DNA from: Cyanophora paradoxa CCMP329
Lineage: Eukaryota > Plantae > Glaucophyta
Assembly (NCBI GenBank): GCA_004431415.1
Contig: QPMI01000417.1
Span: forward strand, 185,554-249,553
Reading direction: 5' to 3'
DNA: 64,000 nucleotides
Part shown: in pieces, positions 40,809 through 52,627 of the stretch
Numbering within the stretch: position 1 is the first letter of the stretch
Layout of the letters: every line of letters starts with the position of its first letter
Translations under genes and position numbers: made by a program
Notes under the pieces: generated by a model
The model's database searches: none
The model's input: the letters and a program-made list of their open reading frames with translations, nothing else
Told to the model about the DNA's origin: nothing

Positions 40809-41486
40809 TTACTGCCCGAGCCTTGCAAACTTGCGCAACTCGGCCTCGCCCTGTACCCAGTGGCTGGTATCGGCCGTCCAATTGCGTAGCTCCCTCTGAC
40901 GCTTGAGTGACTCACGTTGCTCAGGTGAGGGGGAGGGGGGGCCGTACGGGGGTGCCATGGCTACGCGCCTCTTGGATGCACTGTCTTGGTCCTCCTCCCA
41001 GCCTTCAGGGATCAATTCAAGTGGGGGGGCGTACGGTCCCACGATTTGATCTTGTTTGTTTTTGGTGTAGTAGACGAAACCCTGAAACCGGCGCTTCAGA
41101 TAATTGAGCGGGCGATTGATGATCTCTTCGGGTGTGCCTGTATTCAGGAAGAAATCCAGGATCGCCCTCTGAACCTCTTCGGGCAGGTAGGCCATGAGGC
41201 TCTTGCGCGAGCCGAACGCCCACCAGAGCTTGCGAAGTTCATCGCGAATGCCGCGCATGTCATCGCGGTGTGCGATGTCGTTGACGGGTGGGTCGTACGT
41301 TTGGATGTGTACCCTTGACCCGAGGGCGTTGCGTGCGAGCTCGCGCAGCATCGTCGCAGCTGCGCCACCATCGCGCATTGTGTTTGGGATCTCTTCTTTC
41401 ACCCAACCGATCAGCCCGTTTACCTGCTTAGTGTAATCTCGGATGTACCCCGATAGCGGTGGGAGGGTAGTCTGATCGCCGGACAT
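40809..41486 (-). CDS. Viral hypothetical protein with internal F-box-like motif (paralogue 1)
   Basis: GIRDELRKLWWAFGSRKSLMAYLPEEVQRAILDFF; ATG follows the duplicated leader. Confidence 0.7.
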   Translation of the reverse strand: MSGDQTTLPPLSGYIRDYTKQVNGLIGWVKEEIPNTMRDGGAAATMLRELARNALGSRVHIQTYDPPVNDIAHRDDMRGIRDELRKLWWAFGSRKSLMAYLPEEVQRAILDFFLNTGTPEEIINRPLNYLKRRFQGFVYYTKNKQDQIVGPYAPPLELIPEGWEEDQDSASKRRVAMAPPYGPPSPSPEQRESLKRQRELRNWTADTSHWVQGEAELRKFARLGQ

Positions 41487-41527
41487 TTGCATTTGCACAC
41501 ATCGAGAAATTCTAATTACCCCCCTCC

Positions 41528-42106
41528 TCATTCGAGCCTCCTACGCTTCGCCTCCTTCTCTTCCGCTTCGCGTATGTACTGCTCCTGCCAGCGGGGGGGT
41601 AGCATCTCCAGGGGCATTGTGTAGTTCTCCTCGAGTGATTCCTGCCAGGGTAGCAGGGGCCGCGGCATCTGACGATTGTAACTGTCGCGGATGTGGAAGT
41701 AATTGACTACCCAGTTACGGAACGTCTCCAGCGGTTGATAGGGCTCGTTTGCCGTCGTCAGAGGCCGCTCGGCCGTCCACCACTTCTCGAAGATGAGCCG
41801 CTGAATCTCTTCTGGGAGGTCCAGTATCATGCTCTTCCGGCTCACGAATGCCATCCAGAGCTGTTTCAGTACGTTTCTGATACCGTACTCTCCGAAGCCC
41901 CAACGGTAGGGCCCAGCGGGCCGCCTGTCCAAGCTATCCCCGAACGCGCCCATGGCCAAGTCCAGATTCGGCTTCAGCTTGTTGTAGGGGGGAACGTATC
42001 CATTGCGCGCGGCCCCCGTGTTCGCTCTTATCCAGGGGATCAAATCTCTAACGTTCTCTACCATGCCCTTCACCTCGTCCCTCGTTGTTAGCTCGGGGTA
42101 TGACAT
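41528..42106 (-). CDS. Viral hypothetical protein with internal F-box-like motif (paralogue 2)
   Basis: GIRNVLKQLWMAFVSRKSMILDLPEEIQRLIFEKW; same leader as paralogue 1. Confidence 0.7.
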   Translation of the reverse strand: MSYPELTTRDEVKGMVENVRDLIPWIRANTGAARNGYVPPYNKLKPNLDLAMGAFGDSLDRRPAGPYRWGFGEYGIRNVLKQLWMAFVSRKSMILDLPEEIQRLIFEKWWTAERPLTTANEPYQPLETFRNWVVNYFHIRDSYNRQMPRPLLPWQESLEENYTMPLEMLPPRWQEQYIREAEEKEAKRRRLE

Positions 42107-42149
42107 TTGCACTTGCACACATCGAGAAATTCTAAACGCTACTGCAACG

Positions 42150-42785
42150 ATGGACCTACAACAGGGGAGCGCGGCGTGGCACGCTGCGCGCCGCGAAAAG
42201 CTAACTGCCTCGAACTTTGCGGCTGCGTGCGGCATAAATCCCTGGAAATCCAGGGCCCGCCTCTGGGCGGAGCTGAGCGGGATCGCGGAGGAAAACAACT
42301 TTGACAACCCTGCCCTAACCTACGGGCACGACTACGAGCCCCTCGCGGTCTCTATCTACAAGGCACTGAACGATAACGTTGACATTAAACATACTGGACT
42401 GCACGAACATAAAGAAATGCCGTTCCTCGCCGGTAGTCCCGACGGACTTATAGGAAATGATAGAATTTTAGAGGTGAAATGCCCGTACAAGGGCGAACTT
42501 TATGATAGAGTTCCTACCTATTATATGCCTCAACTGCAAGGACTTCTGGACATAACGGGCCGCGAGTGGGCCGAACTTTTTTGCTTCACTCCTCTGCGCG
42601 TGCAAACGTGGTACGTCAGGCGCGACGAGAGGTACATCGAGCTCATGAGGAAGTGCTTACATCTATTTTGGATGCACGTCAAGGAGGGTACGCCGCCCGA
42701 GCCCTACAGCGATCGAATGAAGTCAGAGAACCTCAGTGAGGAGCAGGCGGCGCTGCGCGAGTTTAAGTCGTACGCCCTCCTCTAG
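42150..42785 (+). CDS. YqaJ-like viral recombinase / lambda-type exonuclease
   Basis: QGSAAWHAARREKLTAS, GHDYEPLA, FLAGSPDG, ILEVKCP, YYMPQLQG: complete PD-(D/E)xK YqaJ motif set. Confidence 0.93.
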   Translation: MDLQQGSAAWHAARREKLTASNFAAACGINPWKSRARLWAELSGIAEENNFDNPALTYGHDYEPLAVSIYKALNDNVDIKHTGLHEHKEMPFLAGSPDGLIGNDRILEVKCPYKGELYDRVPTYYMPQLQGLLDITGREWAELFCFTPLRVQTWYVRRDERYIELMRKCLHLFWMHVKEGTPPEPYSDRMKSENLSEEQAALREFKSYALL

Positions 42786-42921
42786 TGTCCGGACCTTTCC
42801 AATACTCTATATGATTATTGGGAGGGTCCGGACACGTCTCTTGGTCAGACTACTTCTGTCCCAGGTCTTTGGAATCTTAATATAAATTTTCCCGGGACCC
42901 GGGACAGGGCTTGGTCGGACT
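42785..42921. terminator. Two tandem stem-loops between convergent viral genes
   Basis: Stems GTGTCCGGACC..AATA/TATT..GGTCCGGACAC (42785-42835) and CTGTCCC.GGTC..GGAA/TTCC..GACC.GGGACAG (42856-42907), each followed by CTTGGTCRGACT. The terminator role is inferred. Confidence 0.55.
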
Positions 42922-43164
42922 CACCGTAGCTTGGTGTAGCTCAGGCCCAGGCCGGGTAGGCGAGTCTGTAATGAATCAGACCGCGCAGGATTTGGTTGAG
43001 CTGCTCGGTGCAGGGGGGCGGGAGGGCGAGGCCGCGGAGGGCCATAGAGACGTAGCGGAAGGGGTGGGGGAGGCGGCCCCTGTTATCCCACATGGCGTCC
43101 ACTATGGCGTTGTGGACGGTTTGCTCGGAGAGGGGACGGGCCTGCGCGCACCGTTTCAGGGCCC

Positions 43165-45951
43165 TCAGCAGCCCTCGAAGATGTTGGAGTTGGCGTGCAC
43201 CAGCGGGAGGGAGGGCTGGGACGGCGGCGGCGAGCCCGGGGCCGAGCCCTGGGTGGCGAGGGCCTGCGAGGGCGCCGGCTCCAGCTCCATCTCGAAGATA
43301 CCGCCCTCGACGTCGACGGTCACGGGCGGCGAGGCCGGGATCGCGCCGGCCTGCTGCGTGGCGGGGACCTGAGCCGAGAAGTTCTCGAGCCGCCACTCGC
43401 GGCAGCCCTGGCACTCACCTGGACGAAGACGGTGCGGTTGGCGACGGGCGGCGCCGAGAGGGCCTGCGCGGGGGCGTCACTCACAGAAGCCGAAGGCGCC
43501 GGCCTTGTGGGGCGGGGCGTCGGGGTCGCGGGGCGTGCTATAGGCCTCCGAGCCCTCCGATTCAGAGTCACTCACCGGGCTGAGAGGGTGGGGTGAGAAG
43601 AGGCCGAGGCGGGCCTTCTTGGCGGGCAGGAGGTGGGAGCCGTTGAGGGCGCAATCGGCGCCGTGGGCGCACCTCTCTCCGTAGGTGGGGCAGAGGGCCG
43701 GGGGCGAGGGCGCCGGAGCCAAGGGCGCCGGAGCCGAGGACGCCGGGGGCTGGAGGAGGCGGTGAGAGGGGCCGAGGAGGAGAGGAAGGGGAAGGGCGCG
43801 GGCACCGGCGCCGGGACGAGGCCCTCCTCCAGCAGCCGCATCTGCGCCTCCTTCGCCTTCTCGTCGATGCGGGCCTCGAACGTCGCCCAGTTGAAGCCGA
43901 CGGCGTCCGCCTCCGCCAGCTCGGGGAGGCCGTGCTCGTCGAACGCCAGCGCGGGCCGCCCGCTGAAGCCGAACGGGGCGGGGGGCGAGAGCGCGTTGTC
44001 CCCGACGCCCCAGACGGCGCTGAACGCCGCATCGTCCCAGCGCGCCTCCGCCTCCGCCTGGCCCTCGTCCCTTGCCTCGTCCACCTCCTTGGCGGAGAGC
44101 GACCCGATCTTGATGATGGAGGCCTGGATCAGCACAAACTCGCGCTGGAAGAATTGGACGAGCGGGATGGTAACTGCGGGAGAGTGGGTGAGCGGGGAGA
44201 GCGCGGGGGCGCAGGCCAAGGGCGGGGCGGACGCACATTCGATGCCGTAGGCCACCTCCTTGATGTAGCGGCCCCGGCGGCCGATCTCCTTGGCCAGCAT
44301 GCTGCACTCCTTGCGCGCCGGGTGGCCGTGGCCCCACTCCATGGCGATCATCGCCTTCGCCAGACGGACGCCCTCGATGTGCCACTCGTCCATCAGCGCC
44401 TCCAGCTTGGCGCAGATGCGCATCCAGAAGAAGACGCGCTTGAGCTTGTCGCGGTCGAATTCGGCGTCGCCGCTCTTGCTGCCCCAGTCGCGCAGGTCCG
44501 TCTCCTCCGCCTTCTTCACCTTCTCGTACCAGCACTTGATCTTCTCCGCCTGGCGCTGGAACTCGTCCGCCCGCGCCGTGAGAACGTCCGACTCCTCCTG
44601 CGCTCCGAGGGCCCGGGGTCAGGGAGGAGAGGCGGGCTAAGCGGGGCGGCGGCGGACCGTGTGCGAGAGCTCGCCGACGATCACGGAGATGGCCGCCGAG
44701 AGGATCTCACGGGCGCGGGCCGGCCCGTTTGGGTGGCCCTCGCGCAGAACCTCCTCCAGCTTCAGCACGGCCGTCCGCGCGAGATCGCGGTGGCGCTGGC
44801 GGGTCTCGTCGCTCCGGCCCTGATCCACGAGAAGCTGGAGCTGGGGCCGCATGCCGGAGTCGCAGACGCTGGCGTACTTCAGAAGGGCCGCGCAGGAGAG
44901 CACCTTCTGCACGCTGACCAGCCAGTACGCGTAGCCCAGCGGGCTCTCCGCGCTCGGGTTCTCTCCGACCTGCGGACGCGACCTTAGCGCGCGCAGGGGC
45001 AGGGGAAAGGGGAAAGGGCGGGCTCTCGCGCACGTAAATGTCATCGGCGCAGGAGAGGAACATGTGATCAACGACGTCGAAGAAGCCGCCGGACGGGAGC
45101 GTGCCGACGCCGTGGTAAGCGCCGTTGGTGGTCTCGCCGGCGCAGATGCCGGCCTGGACGGTGACGGTGTACTGCGAGGCCGGCGGCCCCTCCTTCACGT
45201 AGACGAAGTTGAGGTCGTACTTCTTGGCGTACGTCGGGTTGATGCGCTTGGTGACGATGACGTAATCGCACCGAACGCCGAGGCCGGACGGGCTGGCCTT
45301 CTCCTTCTCCGTCACCGACGCCAGGCACTGATCCCGCGCGATCAAGAGCTGCGGCGGCCCGCGCGTGAGCAAGCGCGGGCACGCGAGCGCAGGGAAGGGC
45401 CCTCACCCCGTGGGCGCCGCCGCTGCCGGATTTGAGGTCCGCGAGGAACTCCTTCTGCTCCGGAGTGCCGGAGAAGATCGCGCGCGGATGGAAATCGCGA
45501 TGGAGCGCGATGCTGTTGAAGCAGCCCGCCGCCGCATTGTCGGACATCAGCAACAGCGCCACATCGCCGTGCGTGAAGCCGTACTTCGCCTTCACATACT
45601 CCGGCAGCTCGTGAATGCTGTAAGGCACGATCTGCGCGCGGGGCACGCGAGCCGGGGCATGTGAGCCGGGGCCGAAGCGGTGCGGGCGAAACCGCGAACC
45701 TCGTTGAACTTATTCACCGGCGTGAACTGGCCCTTGGCCTTCAAGCGCTTCGGGTGGCCGTCCGTGTTCTGGATCTTCTTCAGCCCGCCGAACGGCTCGA
45801 AGCGCGGCACGCCGGCCGAGTTGAACACGCTATCGCAGGTCATCGCGTTGAGCGCCTCCTCCGCTGACAGGCTGCCGAGATCGCGGGCTATGCTGTCCTG
45901 CTCGCCGGGCTGCTGCTGCTTCGCGCAGGAGCGGAAGGTCGCCGACTGCAT
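43165..45951 (-). CDS. Large intron-containing viral gene of unknown function with CCCH-like motif (3' end uncertain)
   Basis: About 7 short GT-AG introns join consecutive ORF segments in frame (..NKFNE|IVPYS..GAHG|LLIARD..DDIY|VGENP..LSHT|EESDV..); CPTYGERCAHGADCALNGSH lies near the C-terminus. Confidence 0.7.
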
Positions 45952-46071
45952 CGCGAGTGTTACTGCCCGCGATGTCTCAACGGATTCCGTTCAACGTCGT
46001 ACCCCCGCTGGCTTGTTCCCTCCCCAACTCGCGAAGACTCAGACTTGAAGCCCGCTTCCCCCCCCCTCAAA

Positions 46072-49000
46072 ATGCGTACCCCCCTTGGGCTCGAACCCCG
46101 GTCGGTTTCTCGCTTTTTTTGACTGCCCAGTCCGGCGATGCAATGCAGGCCGCTCGTTCAAATCGGCTGGGACCTTGGCGCCAGAACCTTCGCAGCGCGC
46201 GCAGCACTCCCAGCAGAGCGCGCGCAGCACCGGCGGCAGCATCGGCGGCAGCAGCATGTCTCGGCTCGCGCTCCCTCCGGAGATCCCGGCTAAGCTGGCG
46301 AAGAACACGCTGTACGACGTTCTCTGCGTCGGCGACAGCTTCGGCGTCGATTGGACGGTGTTCGAGGCCGGTATCAGCGACCAGGCGAAGGAGGCGCAGG
46401 CGCGTGCGCTGGAGGATGGCATGCAGTTCAGCCCGAACAGCAAGGATGTGCTGCGCAAGACCGAGCTGGCCGAGCGCAAGCGCAAGCTGGCCGCGGCGCG
46501 GACCTTGAACCTCGAGGGCGCCCCCGGCCCGTCGGTGCAGTTCTCCATCGACTCCGTCCTGTCGCGGCTGCGGCTCGCGGAGGTGCTCGCTGCCTCTTTC
46601 TCCCTCGCGCGCCCGGCTCGCAGCGGCTGAGGCGCCGCCGCGCTCGCAGGACGCGGACGTGCGGGCGATGCACGCGGCGCTGAACATGACGGAGGAGAAC
46701 TTCGACACACCGAGCAAGCCGAAGCCCGGGCGGGATGCCGACGCCCGCCGGCTGTTCGCGGCGCAGCGCCTGCGGCTGCTCATGGGCGCCGTGCCCCGGC
46801 ACATCGCCAAGGGCGAGTGGCGCACGATTGGCCTGCTGGCGGGCCCGGAGGAGTTCTACTTCAACCGCATGGCGGAGGCGGCCCCGCACCTGCTCTGGCT
46901 GCTGGTGCTCAGCTCGGACCCGGCCTACACGCCCGAGGTGCGCCCCAGCCGCCCGTGCCCCCTCCCCGCCGACCCCCGCCGGCCCGCAGAGGCTGGCGAA
47001 GGGCATCATGGGCGTCGAGGCGCGCTGCATCATGCGGAACAGCCGCGCGTTCATCACGCGCCACGAGAGCTCGGCGGTCTGGGGCGAGCGGCCGGATACC
47101 GGCGTCCTCACCGACGCCTACGCCATCCGCATCGTGCTGGAGGCGGCCTGCCGGACGTGCCGGGACCGCCACGGGCGCCAGGGCATCTGCGCCTTCGACC
47201 TGGTTCCTGAGTTCGAGGTGCCCGGCGTCACCATCGGCGACCGCGTGCAGGTGCGCCGTTTCCAGCCGTTTCTATTTGGATGCTATTTAGATGCTATTTA
47301 GAGTATTTAGATGCCATTTAAACCCCCTCGCAGGTCATCCGCCGGTGCTCGATGCCGGACTCGCACGGGCGCCCCATGATCCACGGCGCCGTGAAGTACG
47401 TGGTGCCGCGGCGCACCCTCGCCCTCGCCTTCTTCGTCCCCGTCTTCGACAAGGCGGCCGCCGCCGCCGCCGCCGCCGCCTCCCGCCCCCGCCCCATGCT
47501 CGCGGCCGCGGAGTCCTCGGATTCCGACTCGGATTCCGAGGCGGAGCGCGAGGCCGAGGCCGCCGCCGCGGCCCGGGCGCTGGACTTCACGGAGGAGGAG
47601 CTGGAGCGGGCGCGGAGCCTGCCGCGCGCCGGCCAGGCGATGGCGGCGGCCTTCCAGGTGGCGATCGGCGAGGCGACGGCCTCCGCCTCGGGCGCCCGGG
47701 CCGGCGGCAGCATGATCACGGCGGAGGGCCTCGCGCGCGCCATGCGCGTGGCCCAGGCCCAGGCCCAGGCGAAGGGCAAGGGCAAGGGCAAGGCCGCCTA
47801 CATCGACCTGCGGTTCGAGGAGGAGGAGGCGGGTGCCCCGGCGGCGCGGCGCGATCTCGGCGAGGAGATGGAGGCGGCGGCCCCCAAGGCGGCCGGTGCG
47901 CCCTCCCCGCCCCTAATTTCTGAGCCTAGGGCGTTCCAGAGGCGCCAAGGAATGACCCTGCCCTCAGAGGAGGAGCTGGAGGCCGAGCGCGCGATGGAGG
48001 AGGAGGCCGCGCTGGCGGCGGCGGCGGACGCGAAGGCCTCGCGCGAGCTGGAGGTGGCGGAGGAGTACGCGATGGAGCTGGAGCGCGAGCGCGAGCGCGA
48101 GGGCGAGCCCGATGCGGAGCTGGCGGCGACGGTGGAGGCGGCGGCGGGGGACACCTTCGAGCCCGAGCCCCCCGTCGACGAGTTCTACCCCCTCCCGCCC
48201 TCCCCCTCCCTCGAGTACGCCCCGCCGCCGCCCGTGGAGGAGTTCTCGGACGACGAGCCCGGCGACGCTGGCCCCAGGCCGCCCCTCGTCTCCCCCCGCC
48301 GCCCGCCCGCCCCCGTGCCCCCCGCCAGCCCCGCCGCCTCCGACGTCTCCTGGCGCCCGAGCGGCAACCCCTCGGCCTTCAGTCCCTTCCGCCCCTCGCA
48401 GCCCTCGCAGCGCCCGCCGCCCTCCGTCCAGGGTACCCCCCTCGCCCGCCCCATCCCCTCGCCGCCGCGGGGCACGCCCGTCGCCACGCCCGCCTCCTCC
48501 CTCGGCCACATGCCCCCTCCGCCCCCTCCGGCCCCCGCGCCGGCCGCCTCTCCCGCCGGGCCCAGCAGCGGCGCGAGCGCGAGCGGCAGCTGCTGCGCGA
48601 TCAGCGGGCGGAGGCGGAGGCGGACCACGACGACGGCCAGGCGTCGGAGAGCGACGGCGAGCCGCCGCGCGCCACCAGGCTGGAGCTGGCGCGGGCGGAG
48701 CTGGCGGCGCAGCCGCGCGAGGCGCCCGAGATCGACATGTCCAAGTACGACGACGTGACAACGTACAGCAAGGACAACAAGTCCAAGAAGGAGGCGGCCA
48801 TTCAGGATGCGCTCCGCCTCTTCGTCAAGAACAACGTGCGCCCCGCCCCCCTTAGCTGCGCGCCCCGCCCCTTTAGAGGCCGGAGGCGGCCGTGGCCCAG
48901 CTGCTTAAGGCGCTGGGTCCGAGCCGCCTTCGGCCGGTGCGCCCCCCTCCCCGCGTTCGAACCCCGCTAACCCCCTTTTGCCGGCGCAGCGGATCGTGCG

Positions 49001-51434
49001 CCAGAGACCCTACGGCCCGAACTCCCCGCCCACCTTCTACGTCGAGCTCCCGAACCTCTTCGTGTACGACAAGGTCAGCGCGAACAGGCACGCCGGGCGC
49101 GGGACGATGAAGGAGGTCATCCAGCTGCTGGCGATGACCTTCCACAAGACCTACGAGTCCAGCCCCGGCTCCTTCGAGTTCACCTTCTCGAAGGAGGTGC
49201 TCTCGGGGCGGACGCGCACGTTCGTGGAGGAGTCCCTCCAGCTCGAGGACGTCTGCCCGAGATGCCCGTCATCCCCGGCTTCGCCTTCGCCTGCGACACG
49301 CGTGCGCCGCCCGTACCCCTGCGCCCCGCCCCGTACCCCGCCGACGCCCCTTGCGCAGATTTCGTGGTGCGGGCGCCGCAGGACAGCACGGGCAGCGCCT
49401 GCGTCCTCGTCATGACGCACGAGGAGGCACGGGAGCGGTACGCGGGCTACATGAACACCTGCTACATCCAGGGGCGCCTGCCCGCGGGCATCGAGGAGGC
49501 GACCGAGACCTGCGACTGGCCCACCGTGTACGGCATGCTGCACCCCTTCATGCCCAACGTCGTCAAGCACCTGGCGGACAACGGCTACGTGACGGCCGAC
49601 GAGTTCGGCTACGCGGCGGCCGTCCTCTACGCCTTCAACCTCGTCGGGCCGTGGAACTTCTGCGACAAGCCCGTCTTCGACCGGGAGCCGCGCGCGGAGA
49701 TCGAGCCGCCGTCCGAGGGCGCCATGCTGCAGTACTGCGGCATCATCAAGGGCCAGTCGGGCACAGGCAAGTCGATGGTGACGCAGATCATGACGGAGTG
49801 CCTGCCGCCGGGCCGCGTCTGCGTCTACCGCCCCTCCAAGGGCTCGGCCTTCTCGGAGCACGGCGGCGAGGAGGCGATCTGCATGGTGATGGCGGAGGGC
49901 CTCGACCCTAAGGCCTGCTCGGAGGAGGAGCTCAAGATGCGCTCCGGCGACGCCTACTCCCGCAACTTCAAGAACGTCCGCGGTGACGATGTGCGCACCA
50001 AGGCGACGCGCAAGGTGCTTGTCATCGTCTGCAACAGCTTCCCGCAGGTGCGCCCGTTCCCCTGCCCCCCTTCCCCTTCCCCGGCGCCCTTTCTCACTTG
50101 CCCCGGCGCAGCTCGAGAACCGCATGCTCGAGTTCTTCGCCCGCGTCGTCCTCATCCCCCTCGACCACAAGCCGGCCAAGAAGCGCACCTACCTCCACTC
50201 CGACATCCGCGAGAACGAGCTGCCGGCGCTCATGGTCGCGGCCTTCACCTTCGCGTGGAAGATCATCCACGCGCTCTCCGACGGCAAGGCCTCCTGCATC
50301 CAGGCCTTCGAGCCGGCGTGGCTGCGGGCGCAGCGCCTCGGCTTCTGGCAGGAGACGACCAAGTGCCCCCTCACCCGCTTCATCGTCACCCACTGCGCCG
50401 TCGACCCCACCACGTACGTCGCCGCCCCGAACACGGAGGGCTACATGACGAGCGTCGCGGGCATCGTCGAGTACATCGCGCGCACGGAGGGCCCCGACAC
50501 CTCCGCCGCCGTCGGCGCCGACATCGAGAACGGCCGGCTGGACGAGACCCTCGCCGGCTTCGGCTCCTGGTGCCGCCCCTACTCCTACAAGCTCGGCGGC
50601 GTCTGGCAGACCTACATCCGCGGCATCGTCCCCAAGGCCCCGCTCTCCCTCGGCGAGAGCCAGCCGGCGCTGGAGGCGATCGCGATCCCCGTCGCGCAGT
50701 TCAAGGACCCGGTGGCCGACGTCGGGCCCTTCCTCGTCCAGCCCCACACCAAGGGCAAGGGCAAGCGCACCCGCAACTCGGCGCCGGCCTTCCTCCCGCC
50801 CCAGCCCCCCGCCACGGCCCCCCAGCAGCGCCCCGGCCAGCAGCGCATCGACGAGATGCTGCCGCGCCAGGTCCGGCCCCGCGTACCCCCCGCCTTCCCT
50901 CCCGTACCCCCCTCCCCCGCCCCCCTCCTGATCCAAGGGCAGGGTACCCCGACGAACGGCGGCGCGGGCCCGAGCGGCTACGGGAGCTCGGCCTCCTCCG
51001 CGAGCGCCGACGGCCCCAGTCCCCTCCCCGGCCCCGGCGCCGTCCTCACCGCGATCCAGGGCTTCGGGGCCCAGCAGGAGGCCGAGCGGCGGGCGCTGGC
51101 GGCGCGCCAGGCGCGCGAGGCGGAGGAGCGGCGCCAGGGCCTCTGGGCCCGGCGCATGCAGGAGACCGCCGCCTTCCGCGCCGAGCTGGAGGCGGACTTC
51201 CGCGCGAAGCGGATGAGCGCGGCGGAGGCCGTGGAGAGCTGGCGGGCGTTCGAGGACGGGACCGTGGAGCTGGCGAAGGGCCTCAGCTACAGCTACCGGC
51301 GGGCGCCGGTGCCCACCTCGTACGCAAGGCGGGCGGCGCGGGAGGCCTCGCGGGCGGAGATCGACGCGGCGGAGGAGCAGGCGGCGCGCGAGGAGGCCGA
51401 GGACGAGGCGCGCTTCCGGCACCTGCACCACTGA
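46072..51434 (+). CDS. Large intron-containing viral replication protein with SF3 (D5-like) helicase domain; apparent frameshifts
   Basis: Walker A IIKGQSGTGKS, Walker B-like ICMVMAE, motif C VLVIVCNSFP, then RVVLIPL. Introns include 46076-46130, 46582-46649, 46938-46989, 47251-47333 and 50048-50111. May be two genes. Confidence 0.75.
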
Positions 51435-51483
51435 GGCCCCGAGGCGGTATTTTTTCTCAACCCTCCCTCAATTCGGTCCCGCG

Positions 51484-51672
51484 ATGGCCTTCGAAGCTTA
51501 TCCTGCCCATTACTCGCTAGGAGCGCTGGCCGCGACCCTCACCTGGCTCCTCGGCGGCACCCCCACGGCCTCGGCGGTCATCGGCGTGGGCTTCGGCTAC
51601 GCCGCCAAGTCCCTCTACGCCCCCGGCTCCTGCTCGCAGGCGGCGGCCGGCATGCGCCCCGCCGGGCGCTAA
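51484..51672 (+). CDS. Small viral membrane protein
   Basis: 62 aa with two hydrophobic segments; upstream TTTTTCT motif. Confidence 0.55.
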   Translation: MAFEAYPAHYSLGALAATLTWLLGGTPTASAVIGVGFGYAAKSLYAPGSCSQAAAGMRPAGR

Positions 51673-51767
51673 CTTTTCAAAGTTCATTCTCCCCTCCCCC
51701 TTTTCCGAGTTCCGAGTCCGTTGGCGTTCCCTTTTAAATTTTCTTCATTCTCGTTACACGTTCGAAG

Positions 51768-52247
51768 ATGTCGAGCGCGGTAGAGAAGCTGCTGTGCACC
51801 GTGTTCAAATCGGATTCGCGATGCAGCAAGATCGGCGAGGCGGCGAGGGCTAAGGGCGGGGCGGCGGCGGAGGGGCCCAGGGTGAAGGCGGCGGATCCCG
51901 CGCCGCCGTCGCTGAAAACGATCAAGGGGGCGGGCAAGGGCAGGAGCGTGGGGGCGCTGCCCCTCGTGGCGATCGCGCCGGGGCAGAGGGAGGCGGCGCA
52001 CGCGGCGACGGCGGCGCTGGCCGCGCGGCGGCAGGCGGAGGCCTACCCGTGCCTGGGCCGGGGGCTGCACCCGCCGGCCGGCCGCCCCTACGCCGTGAGC
52101 GCCTACTTCGACGAGGCCAACCGGCTGAGCTGCCAGGAGCTGTGCGACAACCGCATGCGGCGCGCCGTGGACGGGCACCTGCCGCTGCTGGTGGCGCTGG
52201 GCGGCTCGCTCCTGATGGTCTGGTACCTGCGCGGCCTGGTCATTTAG
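51768..52247 (+). CDS. Viral hypothetical protein with C-terminal TM helix
   Basis: LPLLVALGGSLLMVWYL tail; upstream ATTTTCT motif. Confidence 0.55.
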   Translation: MSSAVEKLLCTVFKSDSRCSKIGEAARAKGGAAAEGPRVKAADPAPPSLKTIKGAGKGRSVGALPLVAIAPGQREAAHAATAALAARRQAEAYPCLGRGLHPPAGRPYAVSAYFDEANRLSCQELCDNRMRRAVDGHLPLLVALGGSLLMVWYLRGLVI

Positions 52248-52284
52248 ATAGTTTTTCGAAACCCCGGTTGGAAGCTAGCCAAGG

Positions 52285-52611
52285 ATGAGCTGGCTCGATG
52301 CGCTGCTCACGAAGACCTTCGGCCCCAAGGGCCAGCCGCGCCTGCAGTTCGGCGAGATCAACGCGGCGATTGGCGCCACGGTGGAGACGAAGAACCGAGA
52401 GAACGTCCTGCGCGGCGACGGAGGCGCGTGGGCCGACATCGCGGCGGGCGCCCTGGGCTCCGCGCTCACCGCACCGGGCAAGGCGGGCCGCGCGCTGACG
52501 GACGGGGCCGAGCGCTTCTGGCACTGGCTCAAGGTGGCCGTTGTCATCGCCGCAGCGGTTGTGGCGGGTCTCCTGGTGCTCGAGGCTCGCGCGCTATTTT
52601 CTAAACGCTAG
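52285..52611 (+). CDS. Viral membrane protein
   Basis: 108 aa with WLKVAVVIAAAVVAGLLVL TM segment; GC3-rich codons. Confidence 0.65.
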   Translation: MSWLDALLTKTFGPKGQPRLQFGEINAAIGATVETKNRENVLRGDGGAWADIAAGALGSALTAPGKAGRALTDGAERFWHWLKVAVVIAAAVVAGLLVLEARALFSKR

Positions 52612-52627
52612 GTAAACCGAGCGAACC

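Noticed and set aside
47272-47320. TATTTAGATGC 11-bp tandem repeat
   Set aside because: A short slippage repeat inside a viral intron; no sign of function.
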